Part shown: positions 48,086 through 57,818 of the stretch, one piece after another
Numbering within the stretch: position 1 is the first letter of the stretch
How the letters are laid out: each line of letters opens with the position of its first letter
Source of the DNA: a virus
Lineage: Duplodnaviria; Caudoviricetes
Direction: 5' to 3' (one strand)
Virus record (IMG/VR): IMGVR_UViG_2558860984_000001
Location: 32,001-96,000 of that record
Length of the DNA stretch: 64,000 bases
Position numbers and translations under genes: made by a program
Notes under the pieces: model-generated
The model's database searches: none
What the model was told of the DNA's origin: nothing
Seen by the model: the letters and a program-made list of their open reading frames with translations, nothing else

Positions 48086-49101
48086 GCGACAACTGCTGCT
48101 GCCCGAGTGTGATCTTCGGTAGGGGTGAGGGGGCACCCGGCCCGCCCGGACCCGAAGGACCTGCCGGCCCTGCCGGACCGCAGGGCGAGCCTGGCGAGTC
48201 CGCGTGCGTGTCCACGGACTCCGGTAACCAACTCCGCGTCGGACAGGACGGCTGCCTGTATGTGCCGCCGGCCGTGCCGCCGGAGCCGGTGCTGCCGGTC
48301 ATCTCGCTGACCAACACCACCATCGTGGCTACCGAAGACGGAGTGTTCGACCCGGCCGACTACCCGGGCTTGCAGTACATCAAGGTCCGCGCCGTCGGCG
48401 GCGGTGGCGGCGGCGCCGGGGTGGAAGAGGTCGTCTACGGCACCACTGTGGCCGTCGGCATGTCCGGCTCCGGCGGCTCGTATGCCGAGTCGACGTTCCA
48501 CGCTGCGGACCTGCCCGGCCCCATCACCTACACCGTCGGCCAGGGCGGCGCCGGGCTCCCCCAGGGCGCCGCGCAGGGCGACATGGCAGGCGACGGCGGC
48601 AACACCGTCTTCGGCCCGGGGGAGACAGTTCTCGACGCCATGCTCCTCGCTCTCGGTGGCGGCGGCGGTGGTGCGATCCGCGACTCCACGGACCTGTCGC
48701 AGTCCAACACCGCGAGGCCGTTCATGGCGATCCGCGGCGCCGCCAACCCGGACCACGGCACCGGGCTGCTGGCCTCGATCGGCGACATCACCATCCCCGG
48801 CGGCGCTGGCACCACCGGCCTGTCTCTCGGCGCTGCCGTGCTCGGCGCCGGTAACACGCTGGTGATCGGCGGCGCTGGCGGCACCACCCACATGTCGGGG
48901 CGCACCGCCGACGATGTGACGCTGCACCGCGGCGCCCAGGGCTGGGCGCAGGGCACCTCAACCGTGGACGGCACGATCCGCTACGGTGCCGGCGGAACTG
49001 GCCGCGCAAGCGCGTTCGACGGCATCGACGAGAACGGCTACGACGGCGCCGACGGCATCCTGTTCATCGAGGTCGTGCAGCTGCAGGTGTCCGTGCCCTG
49101 A
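48082..49101 (+). CDS. collagen-like and glycine-rich domain structural protein
   Basis: Short GXY run (GAPGPPGPEGPAGPAGPQGEPGE); VGGGGGG...YTVGQGG...GADGI. Confidence 0.75.
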   Translation: MSDNCCCPSVIFGRGEGAPGPPGPEGPAGPAGPQGEPGESACVSTDSGNQLRVGQDGCLYVPPAVPPEPVLPVISLTNTTIVATEDGVFDPADYPGLQYIKVRAVGGGGGGAGVEEVVYGTTVAVGMSGSGGSYAESTFHAADLPGPITYTVGQGGAGLPQGAAQGDMAGDGGNTVFGPGETVLDAMLLALGGGGGGAIRDSTDLSQSNTARPFMAIRGAANPDHGTGLLASIGDITIPGGAGTTGLSLGAAVLGAGNTLVIGGAGGTTHMSGRTADDVTLHRGAQGWAQGTSTVDGTIRYGAGGTGRASAFDGIDENGYDGADGILFIEVVQLQVSVP

Positions 49102-49198
49102 CCTCCTGGCAAGAGCATCCCCTGCTTCCCGTCGACCGCTGGCTGTGGGCCGGGTCCCATCCGCACCTCCCCCAGTCGTGGGGCGATAGGAGACCACC

Positions 49199-52100
49199 GT
49201 GCCCACTGGCGGCAACTTCTCGTGCCCTTCGGGCACCGGCCCCGTCGTCGACAACGAGCTGCGCGTCCTCTGCGACGCCGGCGGGGCCGTATTCCTGCGC
49301 CGCTACGTCATCACTGACGGCACCGCCGCGACGGTCGATACCGAACTCGACGGCATCACCCCCGTCATCGCCGCCGAGCCGGTCGGTCTGTGCGCTCAGG
49401 GCCCGGCAGAGGAGTCGCCAGGGGAGCTGTGCGAGACGACGACCCCGACGGCGACGCTCGGGCTGTGCCTTGCGGACGGCACCCCGATCGCCGTCGTGGT
49501 CACCCGCGGCTGCGACGGCACCGTCACCCAGGACGGTTGGATCAACCTCACGTCAGGCGCCTGGTCGGCAGGCACCCCTCCGGCCGGCACCGTGGCGTGC
49601 GGCAGCAGCCGCAGTATCGAGGTCTCCGGCGTGTTCTGCGACATGCTCCCGGATGGCACGGTCGCCGGGCTGGTGCTGATTGAGTACCAGTACGCGGCGG
49701 ACGGAACGATCGCCGGCGTGCGCCTGGTCGACGCCACCACCGGCGATACCTACATCCCGCAAGGTGAGGTCACCACCTGCCCGGCCGGGGTGGAGCAGCC
49801 CGAGCGGGACCTGCTAGCGCTGTGCGACGTCACCGATGACGAGTCGGGCATGGTCCTCAGCGAGCCGTTCGTACGGGACTATCAGCGCGACCAGAACGGC
49901 GCCATTACCGGGCACACGGACTACACCCTCGACGGCCAGCCGTACACCCCGGTCGGCACGGTCGGAGTGTGCCAGGAGCAGCCGGATGAGCCGTGCCCGT
50001 CGACGGTGACGGTGCTGCACCTGTGTGACCTCGACCCGGACGTTGAACCGAACGATGAGGGCAAGCGGTGCGCGGTGCCGTTCCTGCGCCACCTCGTCTA
50101 CGACTGCACGGGTGCCCTCACCGAGACCCGCGACACCACCCCGGACGGGTCGACCCCGTACACGCCCGTGGAGGCCGTCGACTGCGGCACCGGCGGGACC
50201 CCGGCGTTGGTCGAGGTGCCGTGGGAAGTCGTGAGCATCGAGCAGGACCCGGACAGCGACGAGGGCCGCGGCCTGGTGTTCACCCTGTCGCCGACTGACG
50301 ACCCGTCGACGGTCGGCACGGTGACGGTGACGACGAGCAGCATCTACAACCCGTCCTCCTGCCCCGGGGTGCCGCCGAACTACCAGTACCGCAACCCGAC
50401 GACGTACACGTTTACCCCGGACCAGGTGCTGCGGGACGCGGCGACGTACGTCCGCGTGGACCTCGAAGACTTCGACACGTTCGAGCCCGTCACCGGCCTC
50501 ACGCCGGCGCCGGACCGGCTCGGCGGCACCGCCTACTGGGACGGGACAACCGTCCGGCCGACCGAGAACAACGGCACCGGGGAGATGTACTACGACGGCC
50601 CCCCGGAGGCGTGGTCGTACCGGGTCGGGAACACCGGTGGCGGCAACTCCTGCTCCAGCCTCAGCTTCGCCGCCGTGTCGCTGCGCGCCGAGGGCTGCTG
50701 CGCCCCATGCGGGCAGACCGAGGGCGGCGGCGACGGGCGCACCGTGCAGCCGGTGTGTGTGATCGCGACGGCCGCGCCGGAGGACGTGCAGCGGTGGACG
50801 CGGGTCATCGACGCGGACGGCACGGCGTACTACCTCGACCCGAGCGGCGCCCGTTACGACGACGCGCTCCCCGCCGGCTACGAGATCACCGCATGCCCGG
50901 AGGAGGAGCCGCAGCCCTGCCGTGACACCTCCACGCTCCTCCTCTGTGACGCGGCATCCGGCACGGAGACCGTTACTCCGACCGTCACCAGCACGACACT
51001 TGACGGGCTCGACCTCGGAGCGAACCCGGCCTACCCGCTTCTCGAAGGCTCATGGGCGGCGCTGTGGGCCGGCGGGGCGCTCACGTTCCCGCAGGACCCG
51101 GACGCCTCCGCGGGCGACGGCCGATTCCAGGTGTACCGGACCATCGCGGGGCAGATCACGGGCACCGTCCCGGAGGAATGCGCGACCGCGTCCGGGACGC
51201 TGACCGTCTCCGTGCGGGTCACCAACGACGGCCCGAACCCCGGGGCAGGAGGCTCCGGACTGCTGCGGCTCTACCGGGACGGCGTCGCCCTGGCGAGCGC
51301 CGGGCCAGTGGTGGACACCCCTGTGGGGCACGTGCAGACCCTCACCGTCACCGCGCCGGTCACCCCGGCCGACCTGGCGAGCGGCGCGCTCGTCGTGCTC
51401 ATGTCCCTGGAGACCTTCCACACCACGCCGAAGTCCTGGACGGCCGATCAATTCATGATCGCTGGCGACATGGCCGGGTGTCAGGTGCAGTTCCTTCGCA
51501 CCGTGACGACGGACTGCGAGACGGGCGAGGTCGTTGCGGTCACGGACACGACCCTTGACGGCACGCCGTACACCGTCACCGGTGACGTCGGGCAGTGCAC
51601 GACGGTCACGCCGCCGGAGGCGGAGGAGTGCACGCACTGCGAGACGCTGACCCTGTGCGACGCCGCCCCGGACGAGTCACCGGGCGCGCCGGACGTCGCG
51701 TACGAGACGGTTCCGCTCGCCGAGCTCGGACCGGCCCCCGCCACGGGCGTTCTGCCCAACGGTGTCGGCTATTCGGTGAACGTCGGAGCGTGGGGCGCCG
51801 CGCAGGGGCACTACACCTTCTACCCGCCGGAGGGCACCCAGCTCTGGACGTTCGACCAGCCGGTGTATGTGCGGTTCGGGCTGCGCGGCCTGAACGTCTC
51901 TCCGCCGGAGTGCTTGCGCGTGCCGGAGGGCGCGGTCGCGGAGTCGATCAGTCCCGTCCACACGTGGGATGAGGACTCGCGCCTGCTGTGCGGGATCGTC
52001 GGCGAGTCCGACGCGGCGGACGAGTCGGTGTTCTACTTCCCCGAGCCCGTCACCGAGCTGCCGCTCGTTGCGGTGCAGAGCGACACCGGCGGGCGCGGCC

Positions 52101-53773
52101 CCGGCCTGATTCAAGCGGGTTTTGCCGTCGATGCGCCGGCGCCCGGCACGTCCGTGCCGTTCGGCCGCACGGTCTGCCGCGACTGCTCCGGCACCGTCAC
52201 GAGCATCACGGACACCACGCTGGACGGCCAGCCGTACACGGTCACCGGTGAAGTCGGCCAGTGCCAGCCGGTCGTCGAGTGCTGCGAGCAGCCGCTGCCG
52301 GAGGAGCGCGTCGACGTCGAGTCTGACGTCATGTGCATCCGCGACGCGGCCGGCGAGATCGTGCAGCAGGTCGTGGTCGAGCGGGTCTACGACGACCAGA
52401 CCGGCGAGCGCACGCTGCAGCGCCTCACGGAACCGACCACCGGCGCCCCCGTGGAACTCCCCGCCGGCGCAACCCTCGTGCTGTGCACCGAGCCGGAGTG
52501 CCCGGTGGCGTTCTCCACGGAATGCGTGGGCGTGGTCGAGCGCACGGAGGCGTCGTACGACAACACGAGCCTGATCGGCGGCCTGCCGGGACTGTGCGGC
52601 AGTGTCCAGGGCCCGGACGGGCAGTTCCCGTGCACGGCCCCGGACGATACGCCGTTCACCATCGTCAGTTGGATCGTGAACGGCGAGGAGGTAATGGGCG
52701 AGGGCGGCGGCCGGCAGTTCAACGGCGGCGCCTGCGGCCCCGGCACCGACGACGCACTCGGCATGCACCGGAGCTGGGCCGAGGCGCTCACCAACCTCGA
52801 CCCGACCGGCGCCACGTGGGAGGTGAAGTCGGCCGACTCCTGCGCCTGGTTCGTCGGCTCGGCCGGCGGCACCGACACCGTGTACGGGCCGATGACGGTC
52901 GTCGGCACCAGCTACGGCGGCGTACCCGAGTCCCGGTGGGTCCTCGGCCCCGCCCAGAGCTGCACCGAGACCCCGTACACCAAGGTGTACACGCAGGACT
53001 GCGACGGTACGGTTTCCGTGTCGTGGCTGACCGAGCAGGGCGTGCCGACCGACGCGCCGACCGGCGATCTCGTGCCGTGCGGCACCGGATGCGGCAAGGG
53101 CGGCGGCGAGGGCCTGGACGTCGAGGTCCTCACCGTCTGCGACGTCAACGACGACGAGTCCGGCGCTGTCGCCGCGGTGCCGTTCCTGCGGCACTTGGTT
53201 TATGACACGGGTGGCGCCGTCGCGTACGTCGTCGACACCGGCCTCGACGGGCTCACTCCGTACACGCCGTCCGGCACCGTCGGTGTGTGCCCGGCCGGCG
53301 GTGACCAGCCGGTCACCGTCCTGGAGCAGTGCCGCTGCGACGACACCGACGGCGACGGCGTCGCCGACACCAGCTACGTCGAACTCGTCGGGGTGGCCGC
53401 GGACGGCACGCTGACGAGCCTGGGCACCCACACGCCCGACCTCAGCGCCCCGTACGAGCCCGTCGCCCCCGTCGAATGCGCCACGGACGGAGCGCCAGCG
53501 CCCGTGGCGACCGTGCAGGCGCACCGGGTGGAAGTCCCGGCGGGCGGATCATGGACCGCGGACGGGGTACCGCTGCTGCACGCCGTCACCCTCACCGCGT
53601 GGGGCGCCGGGGCGCAGATCACCACCGAGGACGGCACCAGCACCCTCCACGACGGCGAGTCGGCGTCGTGGTCGATCAGCCGCGACGGCGACGCGTTCCT
53701 GACGGGACCGCTGTCGGTGACTGCCACCGCGGGGACCGTGACCGTCACCTACACCACCGGGGGAACTGCATGA
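49199..53773 (+). CDS. large Cys-rich repetitive virion protein (1524 aa)
   Basis: AGGAG RBS; about ten degenerate Cys-bounded repeats with inserted unrelated domains. Confidence 0.8.
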   Translation: MPTGGNFSCPSGTGPVVDNELRVLCDAGGAVFLRRYVITDGTAATVDTELDGITPVIAAEPVGLCAQGPAEESPGELCETTTPTATLGLCLADGTPIAVVVTRGCDGTVTQDGWINLTSGAWSAGTPPAGTVACGSSRSIEVSGVFCDMLPDGTVAGLVLIEYQYAADGTIAGVRLVDATTGDTYIPQGEVTTCPAGVEQPERDLLALCDVTDDESGMVLSEPFVRDYQRDQNGAITGHTDYTLDGQPYTPVGTVGVCQEQPDEPCPSTVTVLHLCDLDPDVEPNDEGKRCAVPFLRHLVYDCTGALTETRDTTPDGSTPYTPVEAVDCGTGGTPALVEVPWEVVSIEQDPDSDEGRGLVFTLSPTDDPSTVGTVTVTTSSIYNPSSCPGVPPNYQYRNPTTYTFTPDQVLRDAATYVRVDLEDFDTFEPVTGLTPAPDRLGGTAYWDGTTVRPTENNGTGEMYYDGPPEAWSYRVGNTGGGNSCSSLSFAAVSLRAEGCCAPCGQTEGGGDGRTVQPVCVIATAAPEDVQRWTRVIDADGTAYYLDPSGARYDDALPAGYEITACPEEEPQPCRDTSTLLLCDAASGTETVTPTVTSTTLDGLDLGANPAYPLLEGSWAALWAGGALTFPQDPDASAGDGRFQVYRTIAGQITGTVPEECATASGTLTVSVRVTNDGPNPGAGGSGLLRLYRDGVALASAGPVVDTPVGHVQTLTVTAPVTPADLASGALVVLMSLETFHTTPKSWTADQFMIAGDMAGCQVQFLRTVTTDCETGEVVAVTDTTLDGTPYTVTGDVGQCTTVTPPEAEECTHCETLTLCDAAPDESPGAPDVAYETVPLAELGPAPATGVLPNGVGYSVNVGAWGAAQGHYTFYPPEGTQLWTFDQPVYVRFGLRGLNVSPPECLRVPEGAVAESISPVHTWDEDSRLLCGIVGESDAADESVFYFPEPVTELPLVAVQSDTGGRGPGLIQAGFAVDAPAPGTSVPFGRTVCRDCSGTVTSITDTTLDGQPYTVTGEVGQCQPVVECCEQPLPEERVDVESDVMCIRDAAGEIVQQVVVERVYDDQTGERTLQRLTEPTTGAPVELPAGATLVLCTEPECPVAFSTECVGVVERTEASYDNTSLIGGLPGLCGSVQGPDGQFPCTAPDDTPFTIVSWIVNGEEVMGEGGGRQFNGGACGPGTDDALGMHRSWAEALTNLDPTGATWEVKSADSCAWFVGSAGGTDTVYGPMTVVGTSYGGVPESRWVLGPAQSCTETPYTKVYTQDCDGTVSVSWLTEQGVPTDAPTGDLVPCGTGCGKGGGEGLDVEVLTVCDVNDDESGAVAAVPFLRHLVYDTGGAVAYVVDTGLDGLTPYTPSGTVGVCPAGGDQPVTVLEQCRCDDTDGDGVADTSYVELVGVAADGTLTSLGTHTPDLSAPYEPVAPVECATDGAPAPVATVQAHRVEVPAGGSWTADGVPLLHAVTLTAWGAGAQITTEDGTSTLHDGESASWSISRDGDAFLTGPLSVTATAGTVTVTYTTGGTA

Positions 53774-54366
53774 CCCGCCCAGAGCCGTCGCGGGCCGTCA
53801 GCGATGGCGTCGACGAGTTCCAGACCCGCTACCTCGACCACCAGGCGCGGAAGCGGGAGGTTCTGATCGAGATCATGCGGCAGCGGCACTCGGACCGCAT
53901 GTACGACACCCGGCCGGTCGAGGACGACGTGCGCGCTCAGGTGCGTGAGGCGATCGGGCTGGTCCCGTCGAGCTGCAACCGCCGTGGCGTCACCGTGCGG
54001 GAGGTCGACGGCCGCGACGAACTCGCCCTCCTCGGAGGGCTCCTCGTCGGCGGCGTCGGGTGGATCCACCGCGCGCCGTGGGTGCTGCTGCTCCTCGCCA
54101 ACCCGGTGGCATACAAGGCCGGCGACGAAGTTCAGTTCATGCCGTTCCTGGACGCGGGATGCGTGATCCAGCAGATCATGCTGAGGGCCACTGACCTGGG
54201 GCTCGCCTCCGCGTACGCGAACCCGAACATCCGTGACCACAACCGCGCCCACTTCAGCGCGATGTTCGGCGAGGGCGTGTTCTGCGGAGCGGTGGCCATC
54301 GGCTACCCGCATCCCGACTCGCCGGATCGCGCGCACCACGAGAAGCGCACGCAGGCCGCTCTGTGA
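53770..54366 (+). CDS. nitroreductase-family protein
   Basis: RQRHSDRMY, PSSCNR, DAG...Q..ML.ATDLGLAS, AVAIGYP. Confidence 0.88.
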   Translation: MTRPEPSRAVSDGVDEFQTRYLDHQARKREVLIEIMRQRHSDRMYDTRPVEDDVRAQVREAIGLVPSSCNRRGVTVREVDGRDELALLGGLLVGGVGWIHRAPWVLLLLANPVAYKAGDEVQFMPFLDAGCVIQQIMLRATDLGLASAYANPNIRDHNRAHFSAMFGEGVFCGAVAIGYPHPDSPDRAHHEKRTQAAL

Positions 54367-55310
54367 CCGGCCGGCCGCGGATCTTCGCTGTCGCCGGCTG
54401 GCGGTACGAACCTGCGTGGCTCGTCGACGAGCTGCGCGACAACTTGTCGTGGGTCGATGAGTTGGTCATTGTCGACGACCGTGCCCGTACGGACGAGTTG
54501 TGGGTGCATGAGGGGGAGTACCGGCTGATGCAGCGCCGCGCCCTGGAGGCCGCCGGCATCCGCCCGTGGGACCTCGTCCTCGTCACCTCCCCCGACGAGC
54601 GGTGGGGGCGCCGCGCCGGCCGTATCCTCCGCGGTCTGGCCGCCGCCTACCCCCGCCGTAAGAGGATCTATGAGTTCCCGCTGCGGGAGCTGTGGACCCC
54701 GACCCGATACCGAATCGACGGGTTCTGGGGCAACAAGTGGCGCCCCAGAGTGTTTCCCTACCTGTCGCGGCAGGTGTTCACCAGCCGAGCGATCCAGACC
54801 GTTCCCGTGCCGGTCGACCGTGGATACCATCGCGTCCGCGTGCCCAAGGTCCCCATCTATCACCTGGAGAACGTCGCCCCTGCGAGCAGGGCGGAGCGCG
54901 CCATCGTCTACGAAGCCCTCAGCCCGGGGTCGCAGCACCGCGCCGCTCGCTCCCCGTACTGGAAGCGGCACGACCCCACCGGCCGGTACATGCGAGCGTA
55001 TGGCTACGCCTACCTGGCCGACTCCCGCGGCCTGCGCTGTGCCCCCGTCCCGGCCGGTGACATCACCCCGCCTCCGGTCAGGCCCTACGTGTTCCGCGTA
55101 CCTGACGACCTCTTGGAGGCCGCATCCGTGGAGAACGGCGCACCCGCCCGCACGCGCGCAGAGTGGGAGCGCTGGCTACGCTCCACCCTGGCCGGCCCGC
55201 CGGCCACCCGTCCCGCGGCCAGTCCCACGATGCGCGTACGGACTCGCCGCCGTCCCCTTCCGACCGGACAGCCGGTGTACGGCGGCCTGAGCCGCGCGGG
55301 ACCACGATGA
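54363..55310 (+). CDS. glycosyltransferase family 2-like protein
   Basis: VDELVIVDD and VLVTSPDERW (DxD-equivalent), IYHL. Confidence 0.6.
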   Translation: MTGRPRIFAVAGWRYEPAWLVDELRDNLSWVDELVIVDDRARTDELWVHEGEYRLMQRRALEAAGIRPWDLVLVTSPDERWGRRAGRILRGLAAAYPRRKRIYEFPLRELWTPTRYRIDGFWGNKWRPRVFPYLSRQVFTSRAIQTVPVPVDRGYHRVRVPKVPIYHLENVAPASRAERAIVYEALSPGSQHRAARSPYWKRHDPTGRYMRAYGYAYLADSRGLRCAPVPAGDITPPPVRPYVFRVPDDLLEAASVENGAPARTRAEWERWLRSTLAGPPATRPAASPTMRVRTRRRPLPTGQPVYGGLSRAGPR

Positions 55311-55451
55311 AAGCCAGCTGCTCGGCGCCGCGTCCTCGGTAGCACGGCGCGGCTAGACTGGTCCACGAGCTGCTGGCGGTAGGCCGAGCGGAACGCCTCA
55401 CGGCGCCGCTGGTTCTGGGCCGGGCATCCAACGCACCTGTTGGAGGCCCGG

Positions 55452-56153
55452 ATGCCGGCCCCTCTCATCTCCAACGCGGCCACCGTCCGCGTTACCCGCG
55501 TTGATGGCTGCGGGCGCCCTGTCTGTGGTGATGACGCGAGCTTCGTCACCGACTGCTTCGCCAGCGTGCAGATGGAAGCGAACATCGAAGAAGGCGAAGA
55601 TATTTCGTTCATCGCCGCCAACGGCAGGCAGTGCGGATTCAAGAAGGGCTGCCCGTCGCTGAACGGGTACGACCTGACGTTCACCTTCTTCCAGGCAAGC
55701 CCTGAGCTGCTGGAAATCATGACCGGATCGCCGGTGTACTTCGATTACAACGGTGACCCCGTCGGGTTCGACAGCTGCTCCATTTCCTGCCGCACCGGTT
55801 TCGCGCTGGAAGTCTGGGCCGACGTCCTCGGCGAGGACGTGTGCCCGGAAGAAGACATCGGTGAGGGCGCCTGGACCTACTTCCTTCTTCCCTGGGTTAG
55901 CAACGGCATCATCGGCGACCTTGAACTGGCGAACGAGGCAGTGAACTTGGAATTGACGGGCGCCACGCGAGCCGGCGGACGATGGGGCGTCGGTCCCTAC
56001 GACGTCGTCGCCCAGGACGCCTCCGGAACCCCGGGCCCGATGCTCACCCCGCTGGCCTCGAACTGCCACCGCCGTATGATCATCACGACCGTGGCCCCGC
56101 CCGAGCCCAGCACCACGTACGTGCCGGTGCTCTGCGACGCCTCCCTGTCATGA
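55452..56153 (+). CDS. major tail (tube) protein
   Basis: GGAGG RBS; RVTRVDGCG.P...GFALEVW...YFLLPW...WGVGPYDV. Confidence 0.85.
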   Translation: MPAPLISNAATVRVTRVDGCGRPVCGDDASFVTDCFASVQMEANIEEGEDISFIAANGRQCGFKKGCPSLNGYDLTFTFFQASPELLEIMTGSPVYFDYNGDPVGFDSCSISCRTGFALEVWADVLGEDVCPEEDIGEGAWTYFLLPWVSNGIIGDLELANEAVNLELTGATRAGGRWGVGPYDVVAQDASGTPGPMLTPLASNCHRRMIITTVAPPEPSTTYVPVLCDASLS

Positions 56154-56992
56154 TGGGGCTGCCTGACATCGTCGTCCCCGTCCGCGAAGGGCCGGCGAAC
56201 CAGCAACTGCGCTACGCGCTACGCAGCTGGGCGGTGCATGTTCCGCATCGGCGGGTGTGGATTGTGGGTCATCGGCCGCCGTGGGTGGCCGACAACGTGG
56301 GCCACATCCCCACCCAGCAGGCCGGGAAGACGAAGTACAAGAACACCACGACCGCAGTGCGTGCGGCCTGTCTGCACCCCGCAGTGTCACAGAGTTTCCT
56401 GCTGTGCAATGACGACTTCTTCATCATGAAGAAGCTCCGCGCGATGCCTGTGCTCCACCGAGGCCCCGTCGCCGAGGTGGAGCGGTACTACGCGGCGCGG
56501 GCGTCGGGCGCCTATCTGCGGGGGATGCGGGAGACACGGGAGCTGCTGGAGTCCCTCGGCGTGAACGAGCCGCTGTCGTACGAGCTTCACGTTCCCCTGC
56601 CGGTCGACAAGACGGGCATGCTCGCTGCACTGGACAGGGCCCGGCACCTGGACGTCGTGCACAAGCGCACCCTCTACGGCAACCTCGCCGGCCTGAGCGG
56701 GCGCCGCATCCGGGACGTGAAGATCATGAACCGCGGCGGCAACTTCGCCCGCGATGGTGCGTTCCTGTCGACGATGCTCGACTCCTTCGCCCACGGCCTG
56801 GTGGGTGCGCACATCCGCAGGTCGTTCCCGCGGCCGGGCCCGTACGAGAAGCCCGGAGTCCGCGTACCCGCCGCCGCGGCCCGCCCTGCGCGTGCAGCCG
56901 GGCCGGGCCGGGCCGGTGCGCCGCGCTCGAAAGCGGCTGGCGGCGGGGTCCGCCGCCCCGCACCCCGCGTCCCGCCCCCCAGGGGCGGCTGA
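56150..56992 (+). CDS. Stealth-family-like sugar-phosphotransferase
   Basis: DIVV, QLRYALRS, VWIVG..P.W, SQSFLLCNDDFF, HVPLP correspond to Stealth CR1-CR3. Confidence 0.7.
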   Translation: MMGLPDIVVPVREGPANQQLRYALRSWAVHVPHRRVWIVGHRPPWVADNVGHIPTQQAGKTKYKNTTTAVRAACLHPAVSQSFLLCNDDFFIMKKLRAMPVLHRGPVAEVERYYAARASGAYLRGMRETRELLESLGVNEPLSYELHVPLPVDKTGMLAALDRARHLDVVHKRTLYGNLAGLSGRRIRDVKIMNRGGNFARDGAFLSTMLDSFAHGLVGAHIRRSFPRPGPYEKPGVRVPAAAARPARAAGPGRAGAPRSKAAGGGVRRPAPRVPPPRGG

Positions 56993-57807
56993 TGCCGCTG
57001 AGTCCGGCGCCGTGTGAGCCGTGGCCGTTCGATCCGTCGTGCTGCGACGTTCCCGATGGTGTCAAGCAGAGCGACATCGACCGATGGCGGCAAGTGGCCA
57101 CCAGCATCCTGTTCTTCCTGTCCGGTCGACGCTGGGGGCCGTCGTGCCCCCTGACGGTTCGCCCGTGCGGACGGTCGTGCATCGAGGCGCTGCTGCCGCT
57201 GACGCCCTCGGGCTACAGAGGGCCACAGACCGGGGGGCGCGTCCCGTACCTGCACGATGGGGCGTGGTTCAACGCCGTGTGCGGCTGCACCACGGACTGC
57301 TCCTGCACACAGCTGTGCAGCCTGCGCTTGGTCGGCCCGGTACACGACGTCGTCGAGGTCCTGGTCGACGGAGTCGTGTTGCCGCCGGAGGCATACCGGG
57401 TGGACTCGGCGAACATGCTGATCCGGCTGGACGGCGAATGCTGGGACGCCTGTCAAGATCTTCAGGCTCCGCCGACGGAGCCGGGCACGGCAGCGGTGAC
57501 ATACCGGGTGGGGCTACCGCTTGACGCCGCGGCCATCGCGGCTGTCTCCGAGCTGACCTGTCACCTGCTGAAGGGGTGCAACGGCGGCTCATGCGGCTGC
57601 GGCGTCTCCCGGCAAAACGTGTCCCGGGTACAGCGGCAGGGCGTGACCCTAGAGATGGCCGACATTGGCCTTCTGTACCGGGAAGGGAGGACGGGGTTGC
57701 CGGTCACGGATATGTGGCTGGCGGCCGTGAACCCCTACGGGCAGCACAGCCCTTCAACCGTCCGGAGCGTGGATCACCGACGTCCTCGCCAGCAAACCTG
57801 GCCCTGA
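56992..57807 (+). CDS. head-to-tail adaptor
   Basis: LSGRRWG..C..TVRPC, RQGVT, TGLP..D.WLAAVNP. Confidence 0.8.
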   Translation: MPLSPAPCEPWPFDPSCCDVPDGVKQSDIDRWRQVATSILFFLSGRRWGPSCPLTVRPCGRSCIEALLPLTPSGYRGPQTGGRVPYLHDGAWFNAVCGCTTDCSCTQLCSLRLVGPVHDVVEVLVDGVVLPPEAYRVDSANMLIRLDGECWDACQDLQAPPTEPGTAAVTYRVGLPLDAAAIAAVSELTCHLLKGCNGGSCGCGVSRQNVSRVQRQGVTLEMADIGLLYREGRTGLPVTDMWLAAVNPYGQHSPSTVRSVDHRRPRQQTWP

Positions 57808-57818
57808 GAGCGAGACCG

